Below, piece by piece: positions 10,348 through 19,735 of a DNA stretch of 64,000 nt (position 1 is its first letter; each line of letters starts with the position of its first letter). Under the pieces are notes generated by a model. The model worked only from the letters and a program-made list of their open reading frames with translations. It ran no database searches and was not told where the DNA came from. The translations under genes were made by a program, and so were the position numbers. Source of the stretch: Oligoflexia bacterium (GTDB lineage Bacteria > Bdellovibrionota > UBA1018); the NCBI GenBank assembly GCA_963758495.1, contig CAVWVI010000003.1, forward strand, positions 384,001 through 448,000, read 5' to 3'.

Positions 10348-11586
10348 TTACCTCGATAAAAACTGAGTTGTAGATTTCCCATACTGACAAAAGACGGCTG
10401 TATTCAATTCTACTTCAAAATCGATTACATTGGGGTCCACTCCGGAAGCTTCCTTTACAGAGGTAAATTTCGCAAAGTAAGCACGCCATTGTTCATCACG
10501 ATCTTCCAAAAGCTTTGAAGGTTTCACTTCGCCTTGGTCATCTAAGCCAAAGTAATGAGGTGATTGATTTGAGCCTAGATCTAGATCTAATTTTGAAGGT
10601 GAGAAGAATGCTTCTTTTTGAGATTCCTTAGACATCAGTAAGACAAAATAGTTTCGAATCATAGAGCTTTCCATGTGCTGAGCACGTCTCAGGACCGGAT
10701 ACTTATCTATTTTTTTGGTTCCAACTATCGAGCGCCCCTCGATGCCTATCGTCTGAGGTACAACAAAAAATCCGCTGACATGTTTGAGTTTATAATTCCT
10801 CATGGACTCCTCATCAAAGCTACGAAGAATTTGACCCGTCATTTCATCGATTTTCGTCGTTACAGAAAAATTTGCGACTAGATTCGGAAGCAGGTGAATC
10901 ACAGAATGCTCCCCTACAGTAGTGGCGACTAATATTGAAGGCTGATTTTCAACCGAACCCTCCGTGATATTTTTTACGCTTGCACTAATCTCTTCCACCT
11001 GCTCTGAGTCAAAAGGCTCTCTTTTGTATCGTGCTTCGATGTCTTCTGAACCTGTTAAAGGCAGAAGGGTTATATAACTCAGAGCATTACTATCCTTGCA
11101 AGATGGACTCACCTCTAACTCACTAGTCGGAAGAGATGACAGCTCCCAAAATAGATTTTTTACACGCGCTCGAGCCACTTTGATATAATTTTTGGTAATC
11201 TCGGATGCTACATCCAAAGCTAGCCCTGGAGGAATCTTTGGAACGATCAAACGGATTTTTTCTGATATGGGAGCTCTAGGTACTGATCCGTTACAATATT
11301 CTGCTTTAATTTGATTCATCTGGCTGTTCTGATCTGTTTCGTTTTTCACTTTTTCAAAAAGCTCAGATGGCCACTGGTGAGAACGACCTTTTACTGGAGG
11401 ATTCTGTGCTAATCCATCGCTGCAATAAACAGATCCTCGAAAATCCTTCAAGTCGCTAATATCTGTAACCTTTGAAGAATCCGCCCATGTCCTCAAGGAA
11501 ATCCCTGAAGATCCAATAGCTACAAGGATAAAGACCACCCCTTTAGTTACTGTCCAATAAGATCCGAATGCTTTCGCCATTCTCAT
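10348..11586 (-). CDS. Hypothetical secreted protein
   Basis: 412-aa ORF with N-terminal hydrophobic segment, tightly packed with its neighbours. Confidence 0.65.
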   Translation of the reverse strand: MRMAKAFGSYWTVTKGVVFILVAIGSSGISLRTWADSSKVTDISDLKDFRGSVYCSDGLAQNPPVKGRSHQWPSELFEKVKNETDQNSQMNQIKAEYCNGSVPRAPISEKIRLIVPKIPPGLALDVASEITKNYIKVARARVKNLFWELSSLPTSELEVSPSCKDSNALSYITLLPLTGSEDIEARYKREPFDSEQVEEISASVKNITEGSVENQPSILVATTVGEHSVIHLLPNLVANFSVTTKIDEMTGQILRSFDEESMRNYKLKHVSGFFVVPQTIGIEGRSIVGTKKIDKYPVLRRAQHMESSMIRNYFVLLMSKESQKEAFFSPSKLDLDLGSNQSPHYFGLDDQGEVKPSKLLEDRDEQWRAYFAKFTSVKEASGVDPNVIDFEVELNTAVFCQYGKSTTQFLSR

Positions 11587-12346
11587 TCCTTGTATTTTTG
11601 AGGTTTACCGTCTTAGGCACGCAGCCGTCTGCTTGAACTATAATTTCTCGATCGGATGAATCAATCACTACCGGCTGTGGATTTCCAGTACATTGAATAT
11701 TCCTAGTAGTCTCGCCCCGAATGATAAGACTGGCGCACATAGGAACTGTCTCTAAATAAAGTGTAGTTCTTGAACTTGCCATATATAAGTTTACTTCAGG
11801 AATTGTCCCATGATTTTTAACGGCCGCCAAGCCATGATTTGCGGCAGATAACGATAATTCTTTTTTATTAGAGGTCATTTTTTCTTCAGCTTCTTCCTTT
11901 GTTGATACCTGTTTGATTTTTGGCAGGTTGAAATCGCAAAGCAGCCAAACCTGAAATAAACCATTCTTAGTTTCCTCAACTTCTTCTTTTTTAGGCTGGC
12001 AGACAAGACCTGAGAAATGTTGATCCGAAGAAATTTCTTGAAAGTAGGCTACACTTTTCTCTGATTCGACGTTGACAGTCTGTACATGAATATCGGTCTG
12101 TAGTTGATGGGAAGCAGAACCTATGCATTGAGAAGTTGCAGTTTTTCTAGCTATATCAACGGAAGGACCCTCACCTTGGCATACGATACGAAGAGAGGAC
12201 CCCACTCGTTCCTGAGTATTGGACTTGGCCCAGGGTGGAATAGCCCATACTATCGATGTGGCCAGTAAAATTTTCAAGCCTAGGCATAAAGCATAGGTCA
12301 TTTTCAAGAAACAGTTTCTTGAATCCGCACTCAAACGCAAGTTCAT
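11543..12346 (-). CDS. Hypothetical secreted Cys-containing protein, possibly LPP20-like N-domain
   Basis: Signal peptide then PPWA...QGEG.S.DIAR..A pattern; paired cysteines. Confidence 0.6.
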   Translation of the reverse strand: MNLRLSADSRNCFLKMTYALCLGLKILLATSIVWAIPPWAKSNTQERVGSSLRIVCQGEGPSVDIARKTATSQCIGSASHQLQTDIHVQTVNVESEKSVAYFQEISSDQHFSGLVCQPKKEEVEETKNGLFQVWLLCDFNLPKIKQVSTKEEAEEKMTSNKKELSLSAANHGLAAVKNHGTIPEVNLYMASSRTTLYLETVPMCASLIIRGETTRNIQCTGNPQPVVIDSSDREIIVQADGCVPKTVNLKNTRNENGESIRILLDSN

Positions 12347-12496
12347 GATACCCTCACACTCTTGTCGAGTTATTTATCACTTATATTTAATATAGTTCTA
12401 TTCAGCGTTATTGAGTATATTTTATAAATATATATTGCATACCGCCATTATTTACTTTTAAATAAAAATATAAAGAAGTTAAAATCTGGAGGAATC

Positions 12497-13141
12497 ATGA
12501 AATTTCGAATTGAATTCTATTTAAACGTCATTTTATTGTCGGCTTTCATGACATCCTGTTCAAGCGAACCAAAAAATTTAACCTCTGAAAACACCCCAGA
12601 CAAAATTCTTTCTAGAATAGATGAATTATCCTCTCGTCCAGATTGGCTAAAAGAGTCCGAGCCCTTTATGGTTGAAAAAGGAACAGTGACTTCTCTAGGA
12701 CAAACAACAATCCCAGGGGACCATCGAGTAGAAGCTGCTTATCGTATTGCCGAAAACAGTGCAAAAGCCGCCATTGCAGGAGCTATCGAACAAAGACTTG
12801 AATTCATCTTTCAAAATGCTGAAGAAGGTACAACAGTAGACGCGAACCAAGCTCGCTATATCGGGGCCGAATCTTCAAAAATTGCCACCTCGTCGATTCG
12901 GACTGGAAAAAGATATTGGGAAAAATTCGCGACCACTTCTGATAATGGAGAGAGAGTCACCCGCTATCGTGTTTTTGTTACTGTAAATATGCCAGAAACT
13001 GATTTTAAACGCGCTGTAATGGACGCTATTAGTCGAGCACAAGGAAAAGTGGGTTTAAGTCAAGACTTCAAAGCAAAAGTAGATCAACACTGGGACCAGT
13101 TTACAGGTAACTTGCCAACCAAAGAAGCACAGACAAAATAA
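12497..13141 (+). CDS. Lipoprotein, LPP20-like
   Basis: GGAGG SD, lipobox-like FMTSC, RPDW motif followed by AYRIAENSAKAAIA helix. Confidence 0.7.
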   Translation: MKFRIEFYLNVILLSAFMTSCSSEPKNLTSENTPDKILSRIDELSSRPDWLKESEPFMVEKGTVTSLGQTTIPGDHRVEAAYRIAENSAKAAIAGAIEQRLEFIFQNAEEGTTVDANQARYIGAESSKIATSSIRTGKRYWEKFATTSDNGERVTRYRVFVTVNMPETDFKRAVMDAISRAQGKVGLSQDFKAKVDQHWDQFTGNLPTKEAQTK

Positions 13142-13351
13142 AAAATAAGAGTGTTAGAAAGTACAACCTCATTTTTTGAAAACAATGGCAAATTCCTTCG
13201 CAAAATCCTTCATTTTCACTTTGCCCAAAACAGGTCTATTCAGGTACAGAAACTAAGCTGCCTTTTTTCTAGCTTCAACCGAAGTGGTATTTTTCAATGA
13301 CTGCAAATATTCAAAGTATTGAACGTATGGATTTATCCACTTGTATTGGTT

Positions 13352-14395
13352 TTATTTTGGGAGATATTTTCCAAGTTCCCGTGCTTTATTTGTAAAATAC
13401 TGAGTTGCTTCCTTAGGGGAGGCTCCTTTCGCGTAGTACTCAATTTGATTAAACTGGTCTTTCAGTTCGTCGATTTTTTGCCAAACGGTTTCATTTACTA
13501 AAACTCTATCCTTAAAAATTTGAAGACCTCCTTTAACTTTTAGACATTCAAATAGCATTTGAGATGATATCGCATCATAGTCCTTATTGGGATTGTAGTT
13601 CGAGGCATAGTGAAACAGTCGCTCAGCCAAGATGTACCCACGAACCTTCTCCAAAAAATTTCTCGGAATTGTAGGTATCTTAGGAAGCTCGCTTAGTACA
13701 TTAAGATCAACCCGCAACTCCTCAAATGCTTCAGCCTCCTTTGACGCTTTATGACTCAAGTACTGTGGTAGGGGTAACACACTATTTGAATGAAAATATT
13801 CGTGCAATGAAACCCATATATTTGCACAAATATTTAGTTCATTCGATGATGCTTTGAGCAATGGTGTAAAGACATCCCCATCAATCTTGTCTAAAAGTAG
13901 CGGCCTAGTAAAATTAGAGTAACGCTCCAAGAAGCGATTTATGAAGTAGTATACAGGCATCGACTCCACGTTGATTCGAAACGTTTTATGCCAGGCTTCT
14001 GGAAATAAGGCCATAATTCGCTTATTTTTTAGTCTTATCGAAGTATCGCTGAGCTGGACAGGAAAAGAAGTAGAAGGGTAGTATTTTCGTATTGAAAAGT
14101 AATCATCTAAGGGCTTAAATAGGAAATACTCAAGACCTAGGATCGTATCATAAGTTGATTTTAGTCGCGTGAAGACAAAATGAGGATTTTCTGAGTATAG
14201 AATATTTTCTTTGTTTTCAGATGCATTTTGCAAAGCTGCTTTCACTATTTGTAGTGTGACCTCATCAACATTGGATTGATTGAAATCCACATAGTCACTG
14301 AATGATTGAATCGTTTGATTCCAATTAAAATCAGATGTTGAATTTTCTAAGTCCCTCGAGGCAGATCTAAGAAATAATGACAATGAGTCTTGCAT
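13352..14395 (-). CDS. HExxH metalloprotein resembling the DUF6421 / peptidase M49-like family
   Basis: WVSLHEYFH followed ~20 residues later by FEELRVD; ALFPE and YFINRF upstream motifs. Confidence 0.6.
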   Translation of the reverse strand: MQDSLSLFLRSASRDLENSTSDFNWNQTIQSFSDYVDFNQSNVDEVTLQIVKAALQNASENKENILYSENPHFVFTRLKSTYDTILGLEYFLFKPLDDYFSIRKYYPSTSFPVQLSDTSIRLKNKRIMALFPEAWHKTFRINVESMPVYYFINRFLERYSNFTRPLLLDKIDGDVFTPLLKASSNELNICANIWVSLHEYFHSNSVLPLPQYLSHKASKEAEAFEELRVDLNVLSELPKIPTIPRNFLEKVRGYILAERLFHYASNYNPNKDYDAISSQMLFECLKVKGGLQIFKDRVLVNETVWQKIDELKDQFNQIEYYAKGASPKEATQYFTNKARELGKYLPK

Positions 14396-14576
14396 TCAAC
14401 TTCTCTTTTCGAACAATAATGGAGATTTATTAGTTAATTTTTATTAACTTATATTAGAAGCTTGTGTGTCATAAATTATCGATATCGAAATTATCAAACT
14501 AAATCGGAAAGTGCTTTAGAACTTCCAGCAGGATTGCACAAAAGCAAAAGCATCTGATGCTGTCGGAGTTCAACCT

Positions 14577-14648
14577 GGAGTTGGAAAGATCGAGACTGGA
14601 GAGCGATACACACTCGGCATTATTTTTCATGACTTCAAGGAAAAGTGA
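14577..14648 (+). pseudogene. 3' remnant of a second 2OG-Fe(II) oxygenase gene
   Basis: Translates GVGKIETGERYTLGIIFHDFKEK*, nearly matching the C-terminus of 15232..15963 (GVGEITSGERYTLGIVFHDYKEK); upstream in-frame sequence is unrelated and hits TAG at 14517. Confidence 0.8.
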
Positions 14649-14752
14649 GCCCACAAGGCTTGAGTCGAAAAAATAAACGATGATGTCCGAAGACAGCCAG
14701 CACACCTGACCGAAAGAAGGCAATATGGTCTTAACGGAAAAGGAGATTCAGT

Positions 14753-15235
14753 ATGTCTGTCTCACAAATGAAAATCGAATCCAAGATTGGCCCACTTTAT
14801 TTGATTGGAAGCGAAAAAAGCCTGCAAGGAGTTTTCTGGGAAAAACAGAGCGCTCCATTGGTTGGCAAGAACTCGGTTACAGAGAAAACCGTTTTAGTGA
14901 AAGCCGCTATTCAAATAGAGGAGTATCTCGCTGGAAAGCGCAAGAGGTTCGACATTCCTCTTAGTGCGGAAGGAACCGATTTTCAGAAAAGCGTCTGGAA
15001 GGAGCTAGCGAAAATCCCCTACGGAGAATCCCGTTCATACAAAGAAATTGCAGTCGCCGTGGGCGACGCAAGCGCAAGCCGCGCCGTAGGAATGGCAAAT
15101 GGAAAAAATCCGCTTTGCATCATCGTGCCGTGCCATCGAGTAATTTCCTCGGATGGATCGCTGGGTGGCTACTCTGGCGGATTGAGCATTAAAAAGAGAC
15201 TGCTCAGTCTTGAAAAGAACGGAGTCCTGTCATGA
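14753..15235 (+). CDS. ogt: Methylated-DNA-protein-cysteine methyltransferase
   Basis: GTDFQKSVW, IPYGE..SY, RAVG.ANGKNP and active-site PCHRV; AAGGAG SD. Confidence 0.95.
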   Translation: MSVSQMKIESKIGPLYLIGSEKSLQGVFWEKQSAPLVGKNSVTEKTVLVKAAIQIEEYLAGKRKRFDIPLSAEGTDFQKSVWKELAKIPYGESRSYKEIAVAVGDASASRAVGMANGKNPLCIIVPCHRVISSDGSLGGYSGGLSIKKRLLSLEKNGVLS

Positions 15236-15963
15236 GTTTCAATCTCTCAAGCCGCCTCCAATCACTTGACTGGGCCTCTCTCAACGAACAGTTGCTTGGA
15301 AAGGGTTTTACAGTGACGAAACCTTTCCTCAAATCTGACGAGTGCAAAGATCTCAAGAGCCTCTTCGATGAAAACGAACTCTATCGTTCTACTATCGACA
15401 TGAAAAGATATAGCTTTGGTCGCGGAACATACCGGTACTTTAAGTATCCTCTGCCCGAAATGATTGGGTCGTTGCGCGAAGGGATTTACGAGAAAATTGT
15501 CCCGACCGCGAACGCGTGGGCTGAGCGCAGTAAAACGAATATTCATTACCCTCACAAGCTACCGCAATTCATCAAACAAATGCGCGAAAATGGGCAGACT
15601 CGCTCTACTCCAATCATCCTTAAGTACGGTCCTGCCGACTATACCTGTATGCACCAGGACATATCGGACGGTATTTTTTTCCCTTATCAAGTGATCTTTG
15701 GATTGAGTGAGCAAGGAAGAGACTACGAAGGCGGACAACTCATTCTGCTTCAGCAGCGTCCACGTCTGCAAACCATTCCCTATGTGATAACCATTCCGAA
15801 GGGAGCTGCTGTGATTACGACATCAAGCTACCACCCACAACAAGGTAAGCGTGGGTTCTATCGGTGTCCGTTCAAGCACGGTGTGGGCGAAATCACTTCG
15901 GGGGAACGCTACACACTCGGTATTGTGTTTCATGACTACAAGGAGAAACCCAAAGAGTTGTGA
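15232..15963 (+). CDS. 2OG-Fe(II) oxygenase, DUF2086-like
   Basis: FGRGTYRYF, HQD iron motif, QQRPR, HGV and RYTLGIVFHD; ATGA overlap with ogt. Confidence 0.85.
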   Translation: MSFNLSSRLQSLDWASLNEQLLGKGFTVTKPFLKSDECKDLKSLFDENELYRSTIDMKRYSFGRGTYRYFKYPLPEMIGSLREGIYEKIVPTANAWAERSKTNIHYPHKLPQFIKQMRENGQTRSTPIILKYGPADYTCMHQDISDGIFFPYQVIFGLSEQGRDYEGGQLILLQQRPRLQTIPYVITIPKGAAVITTSSYHPQQGKRGFYRCPFKHGVGEITSGERYTLGIVFHDYKEKPKEL

Positions 15964-16147
15964 ATAGTACTTCAAAATCATATATAAACATATTATATAT
16001 AAGCCTATAACCTTCATGTATTCATCAAGCCAAGCATAAAATCCGTCATCAGTAACTCGACAATCAACAATGAGCCGAAATACTTCCGAGACTTTTACCG
16101 GATACTATTTTGAATCCAGGGTGAATCCTACAATGAAGTGTTCAGAG

Positions 16148-17194
16148 TTACTTATTATTATTTTTTAACCCTTCTAGTAGGTTCACACTCATCTCCATCC
16201 TGCTTCCGGTGAGGGTTCCAATTCCGATAAGGATGGGTTCTAAAATATCAAGCGGCACCGCCCTTACAAAATCTAGACGATCAAGTTGCCCATCATATAA
16301 CTTTGCACTAAGTGCTAGTAAATTATCCATTTCCCCATGTGTTAAATACTGATATAAAAATCCTGCAATTGGAGAGTTTTTAAAATCGAATCCAGATGCT
16401 TGGGACCGTCCATATTTTAATGTTTCAAATACAATCAAGTTAGTAGGTTTCTCTTTTTTGGCAGTTCTTAAACGAGATGGTGGTGCTTTCAGGAATTCTT
16501 CGATTGGGACGCTATTGACTTGAGGTATGCTCACTTCTTCACCTAAAAAGAACAAATAAGGTGCATCTCCGCCGCTTAATTGTGCAAAAGTTTCTAGAAT
16601 AGCAATAGATACTAATTTTATATTGATGTACTCAACAGCATTCCTTAAGTTGATCTGAATCTGTTGATGCATAGCCTCTAAGTCTGATTCTCTAGGAAAA
16701 TCGTTCCATGAATGAACAACATTTTGGTATTTCAATGTTGATAAAAATAACTTTACTCGCTGTATTGCCAAGCGATATTGACCTACGGTAAAAAGTGAAT
16801 TTCTAAAGATCGGGTTATTTTCTAAAATAAGAGTCCATGTCTGAGAAATAAATAATCCAAAATCTTCATTAAAAAAACCGGATACATCTTGATTTGAAAA
16901 CGCTACTGCACGTTTGATATTTGTTTCAATTTTATCATTTGGAACCTGGAGTGTGAAGTCATTAATTAATTGCTGAGTTCTCTGGAAAAGAATATCAAAA
17001 GGCGTTTCTCCCTGTTCATTTGCAGCACGAAAAGGAATGGTAGATTCTATACAAGTCGTAAATTGAATTTTATCCCAAAGAGTGAACTGTATACATTCTT
17101 TGAGAATTCTAGCGGCAGCTACTGTGCTTAAAAACTCGTTTAACCCATTAAATGGATGTAAAACTGTGCCCTCTTTAAAGTTAAATACTTTCGC
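16148..17194 (-). pseudogene. 5'-truncated conserved hypothetical gene interrupted by IS110
   Basis: Plausible protein from about AKVFNF onward (PFNGLNEFLS, IESTIPFR, GGDAP); the N-terminal part of the ORF-track translation is antisense IS110 sequence; junction approximate. Confidence 0.55.
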
Positions 17195-17215
17195 TCTTAG
17201 CGACAATGTAAGAAA

Positions 17216-17364
17216 GCAACGTCCCCTCAGAGCTGCGGTACTAAGACCGTAAGCTTTGTGGGCTAATCGCTCAATGGGCCTCAATCTGGGGAGTGGTATA
17301 ATAGAAACTGCTTCGTAAAGTAGTTTCAACCAGTCTAACCAGCGTGCCAAGGAGGGAACGTTGT
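17216..17364 (+). ncRNA. Candidate IS110 bridge-RNA-like structured left end
   Basis: Closing stem GCAACGTCCCCTC (17216) / GAGGGAACGTTGT (17352); inner hairpin GAAACTGCTT-CGTA-AAGTAGTTTC (17304-17327); GCGGT/ACCGT stem near 17235-17250. Confidence 0.45.
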
Positions 17365-17365
17365 T

Positions 17366-18038
17366 ATGAACTATTATATTGGAATGGATGCACATGCAGC
17401 AACAACAACCGTCGCAGTCGTGGATGAAAAAGGGAAAAATATTGATCGCCAAAATTTTGCCACTACAGAGGCAAATTTACTTGGATTCATATGAAAGATT
17501 AAGGGGAAGAAGTTCCTGACATTTGAAGAAATGCATCTGGCTCAGTGGTTGTATATCATACTAAAAAAAGAGGTAGATCACCTGGTAGTTTGTAATCCTG
17601 TTTATGTAGCTGAAAAACAGGGAACAAAAACAGACTTTAGAGATGCTCTACAATTAGCTCAGGAACTTAGAACGGGGCATTTGGTTGCCGTTTATCATGA
17701 TGAAAGTCACTGGATCCAGCTGAGGGTTCTAGTGTACGGCTATTTGGCCTTAGTAGAAGAAATCATTCGAACTAAGAATAGACTGAAGGCAGTATTTAGA
17801 TCCGAGGCGATCGATACATCACAAACAGATTTTTATGAAAAAACGAGAGACCGATTAAAAGAACTGTCTCATGAGAGTGCACGGTTTGTTGCTGAGAATC
17901 TTTATTGGCAGATTGATGGTTTAGAGAAAAGAAAACGAGAATACCGTGAGGTTCTTCAGCGTAATTCTAAAAAATATAAACCTATTAAAAATCTCATGAC
18001 TATTCCCGGGATTAGTACGGTTCGAGCAAGTATTATCA
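17366..18038 (+). pseudogene. IS110 transposase, nonsense-mutated and truncated
   Basis: AAGGAGG SD then MNYYIGMDAHAATTTVAVVDEKG; in-frame TGA at 17492-17494; continues FEE, KTDFRDA, KNRL and TIPGIS before IS1380 sequence begins. Confidence 0.88.
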
Positions 18039-18195
18039 CCCTAAATTGGTAATTCAAATATTAATATATAAAGTATTTTCATTTTGTCATGCGTAAATTT
18101 GTACTTTATAGAATTAAATTTGTCCACTAAAATAGTGGAGTTTGAAATAAAATTCATTTACATGAGATCAAACTTTAGTTAAGACCTCCTGCATT

Positions 18196-19659
18196 ATGAT
18201 CATCCACAACAAGATGGGCCGTCCAAAAAAAGATCCTAATCGAACCGATATACGATTGGGGGAGCTCAAGTATAAGGGAGAAGATGACTCACTTACGGCG
18301 GCAGCAGGGCTTCCCATTATGTTGGAGCTGTTTTCAAGGTCACCCGCATTTACTCAATTTGTAAAGTGCCTCCCTTCCAGAGCTGGAAATAATACTTACG
18401 GAAGTGAAAAAATCGCATTACTTATTTGGCTAGGATTCTTGAGAGGATTCGATTGTATCGAGGATTTGGCTGATTTTGTATGGGATCCAGGTGTCATGCG
18501 AAAGCTGGGAGAGATTCCGAAACCTAGAGCTATTGGAAATTATTTGAGAGATTTTTCAGTAGAAAATAATGAAGCTATGAACGCATTCTTAAGACATCAG
18601 GCAAACCTGGCCAGAAGGCGGTTATTTAGCGACACTCCATTGGTGATTGACATAGATAGTACTTCACATGTTCAAAGAGGAAGTACCATTGAAGGGCTCG
18701 CTTATAATTATAAAAACGAATGGTGCTTAGATAGCCTAGTAGCGTTTGATCAATTAGGATTTTGTCATGGAATGAAGCTCAGACCAGGCAGTACGTTTTC
18801 CTCTCAGGGATCCGCAGATTTCATTCGTGAAATATTTCCTGTATTGCCTGTGGATGAAGTGCAAAGAAAAAAAGAAAAAAGTAGACGCTTTTTTCGAGCA
18901 GACTCAGCATTCTGCGAACAAGACTCCATTCATGCCTGCCTCGAGAGAGGGGTTTTATTTACAATCAGTGCACATGGCCGAACAGGATGGAAAGACCGAG
19001 TAAAAGCAGGAGCGATTCAAGATTGGATACCCTGGGAATATTCTCAAAAGGAAATAGAAGAAGCACAGGAGGCTGGCATTTCTTTACCTAAAGTAGATTT
19101 AGGTTCTTTTGTTTACCAGCCCGGATGGAGTGAGAATTTGCGTTTCTACCATGTCGTCAAAAGAACTTGGGTTACAAAGAAAACTAAACTCCCTAAGAAG
19201 AAACAAACACAAGTTGAGAGTCTGGATGAAGAAGAGACTTTTGTTGAAGGTGAATGGCTCTATTATGGAGTTTTAACTAATTGGAATCTCTTTGAACATT
19301 CGCTTCAGGAAATCATGATACATCACCACCAGAGGGGTCATGCGGAAAATTTTATAAAAGAGGGAAAAAATTCTTATGACCTTAAGCACTTTCCATGTAA
19401 ACCATTGAAAGCAAATCACGCTTATGGCCTTTTAGGTTTAGTCGCGCACAATTTCATGAGAACGCTTGCTCTTCTCGATTCACCGAGCAAGCCCCACTTT
19501 GCTAAAGCAATTAGAAAAAAATTCATTTTTATCCCAGGAAAACTAGTTAACAGCGCTAAACAATGGTGGATGAAAATTCCAAGTCACTGGAAGAAGGAGG
19601 TGGACCGACTTCTACACGCCTGGGAAAGGGCGTTTCTTCTTTCCCCAAATGCCAGGTAG
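18196..19659 (+). CDS. IS1380-family transposase (DDE)
   Basis: LTAAAGL, IDIDST, LRPG, RADSAF, HHQRGHAENFIKEGK and ANHA...LVAHN motifs. Confidence 0.92.
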   Translation: MIIHNKMGRPKKDPNRTDIRLGELKYKGEDDSLTAAAGLPIMLELFSRSPAFTQFVKCLPSRAGNNTYGSEKIALLIWLGFLRGFDCIEDLADFVWDPGVMRKLGEIPKPRAIGNYLRDFSVENNEAMNAFLRHQANLARRRLFSDTPLVIDIDSTSHVQRGSTIEGLAYNYKNEWCLDSLVAFDQLGFCHGMKLRPGSTFSSQGSADFIREIFPVLPVDEVQRKKEKSRRFFRADSAFCEQDSIHACLERGVLFTISAHGRTGWKDRVKAGAIQDWIPWEYSQKEIEEAQEAGISLPKVDLGSFVYQPGWSENLRFYHVVKRTWVTKKTKLPKKKQTQVESLDEEETFVEGEWLYYGVLTNWNLFEHSLQEIMIHHHQRGHAENFIKEGKNSYDLKHFPCKPLKANHAYGLLGLVAHNFMRTLALLDSPSKPHFAKAIRKKFIFIPGKLVNSAKQWWMKIPSHWKKEVDRLLHAWERAFLLSPNAR

Positions 19660-19735
19660 ATATTTTTCCTCTGGCATTGGGCCCACAAAAGCACTTTCGA
19701 TTGTGATTAGTCCTGCATGATCTTTGACAACTTCA

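Larger units (their letters stand above)
17195..18038 (+). mobile_element. IS110-family element, left part only (left boundary approximate)
   Basis: Non-coding left end followed by a DEDD-type IS110 transposase cut off by the IS1380 left end. Confidence 0.8.

Noticed and set aside
14499..14723. 74-aa minus-strand ORF
   Set aside because: Antisense to the oxygenase remnant and the ogt leader
17195..17452. Cys-rich N-terminus (DCDGCCCCMC) of ORF 16148..17452 as a metal-binding domain
   Set aside because: It is the antisense reading of the IS110 left end and transposase start (AATTTVAVVD), so the ORF is a chimeric artefact
17492..17494. In-frame TGA in the IS110 transposase as recoding or an alternative genetic code
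   Set aside because: Other genes here end normally at TGA and RF2 is intact; the element is also truncated, so a simple nonsense mutation fits best
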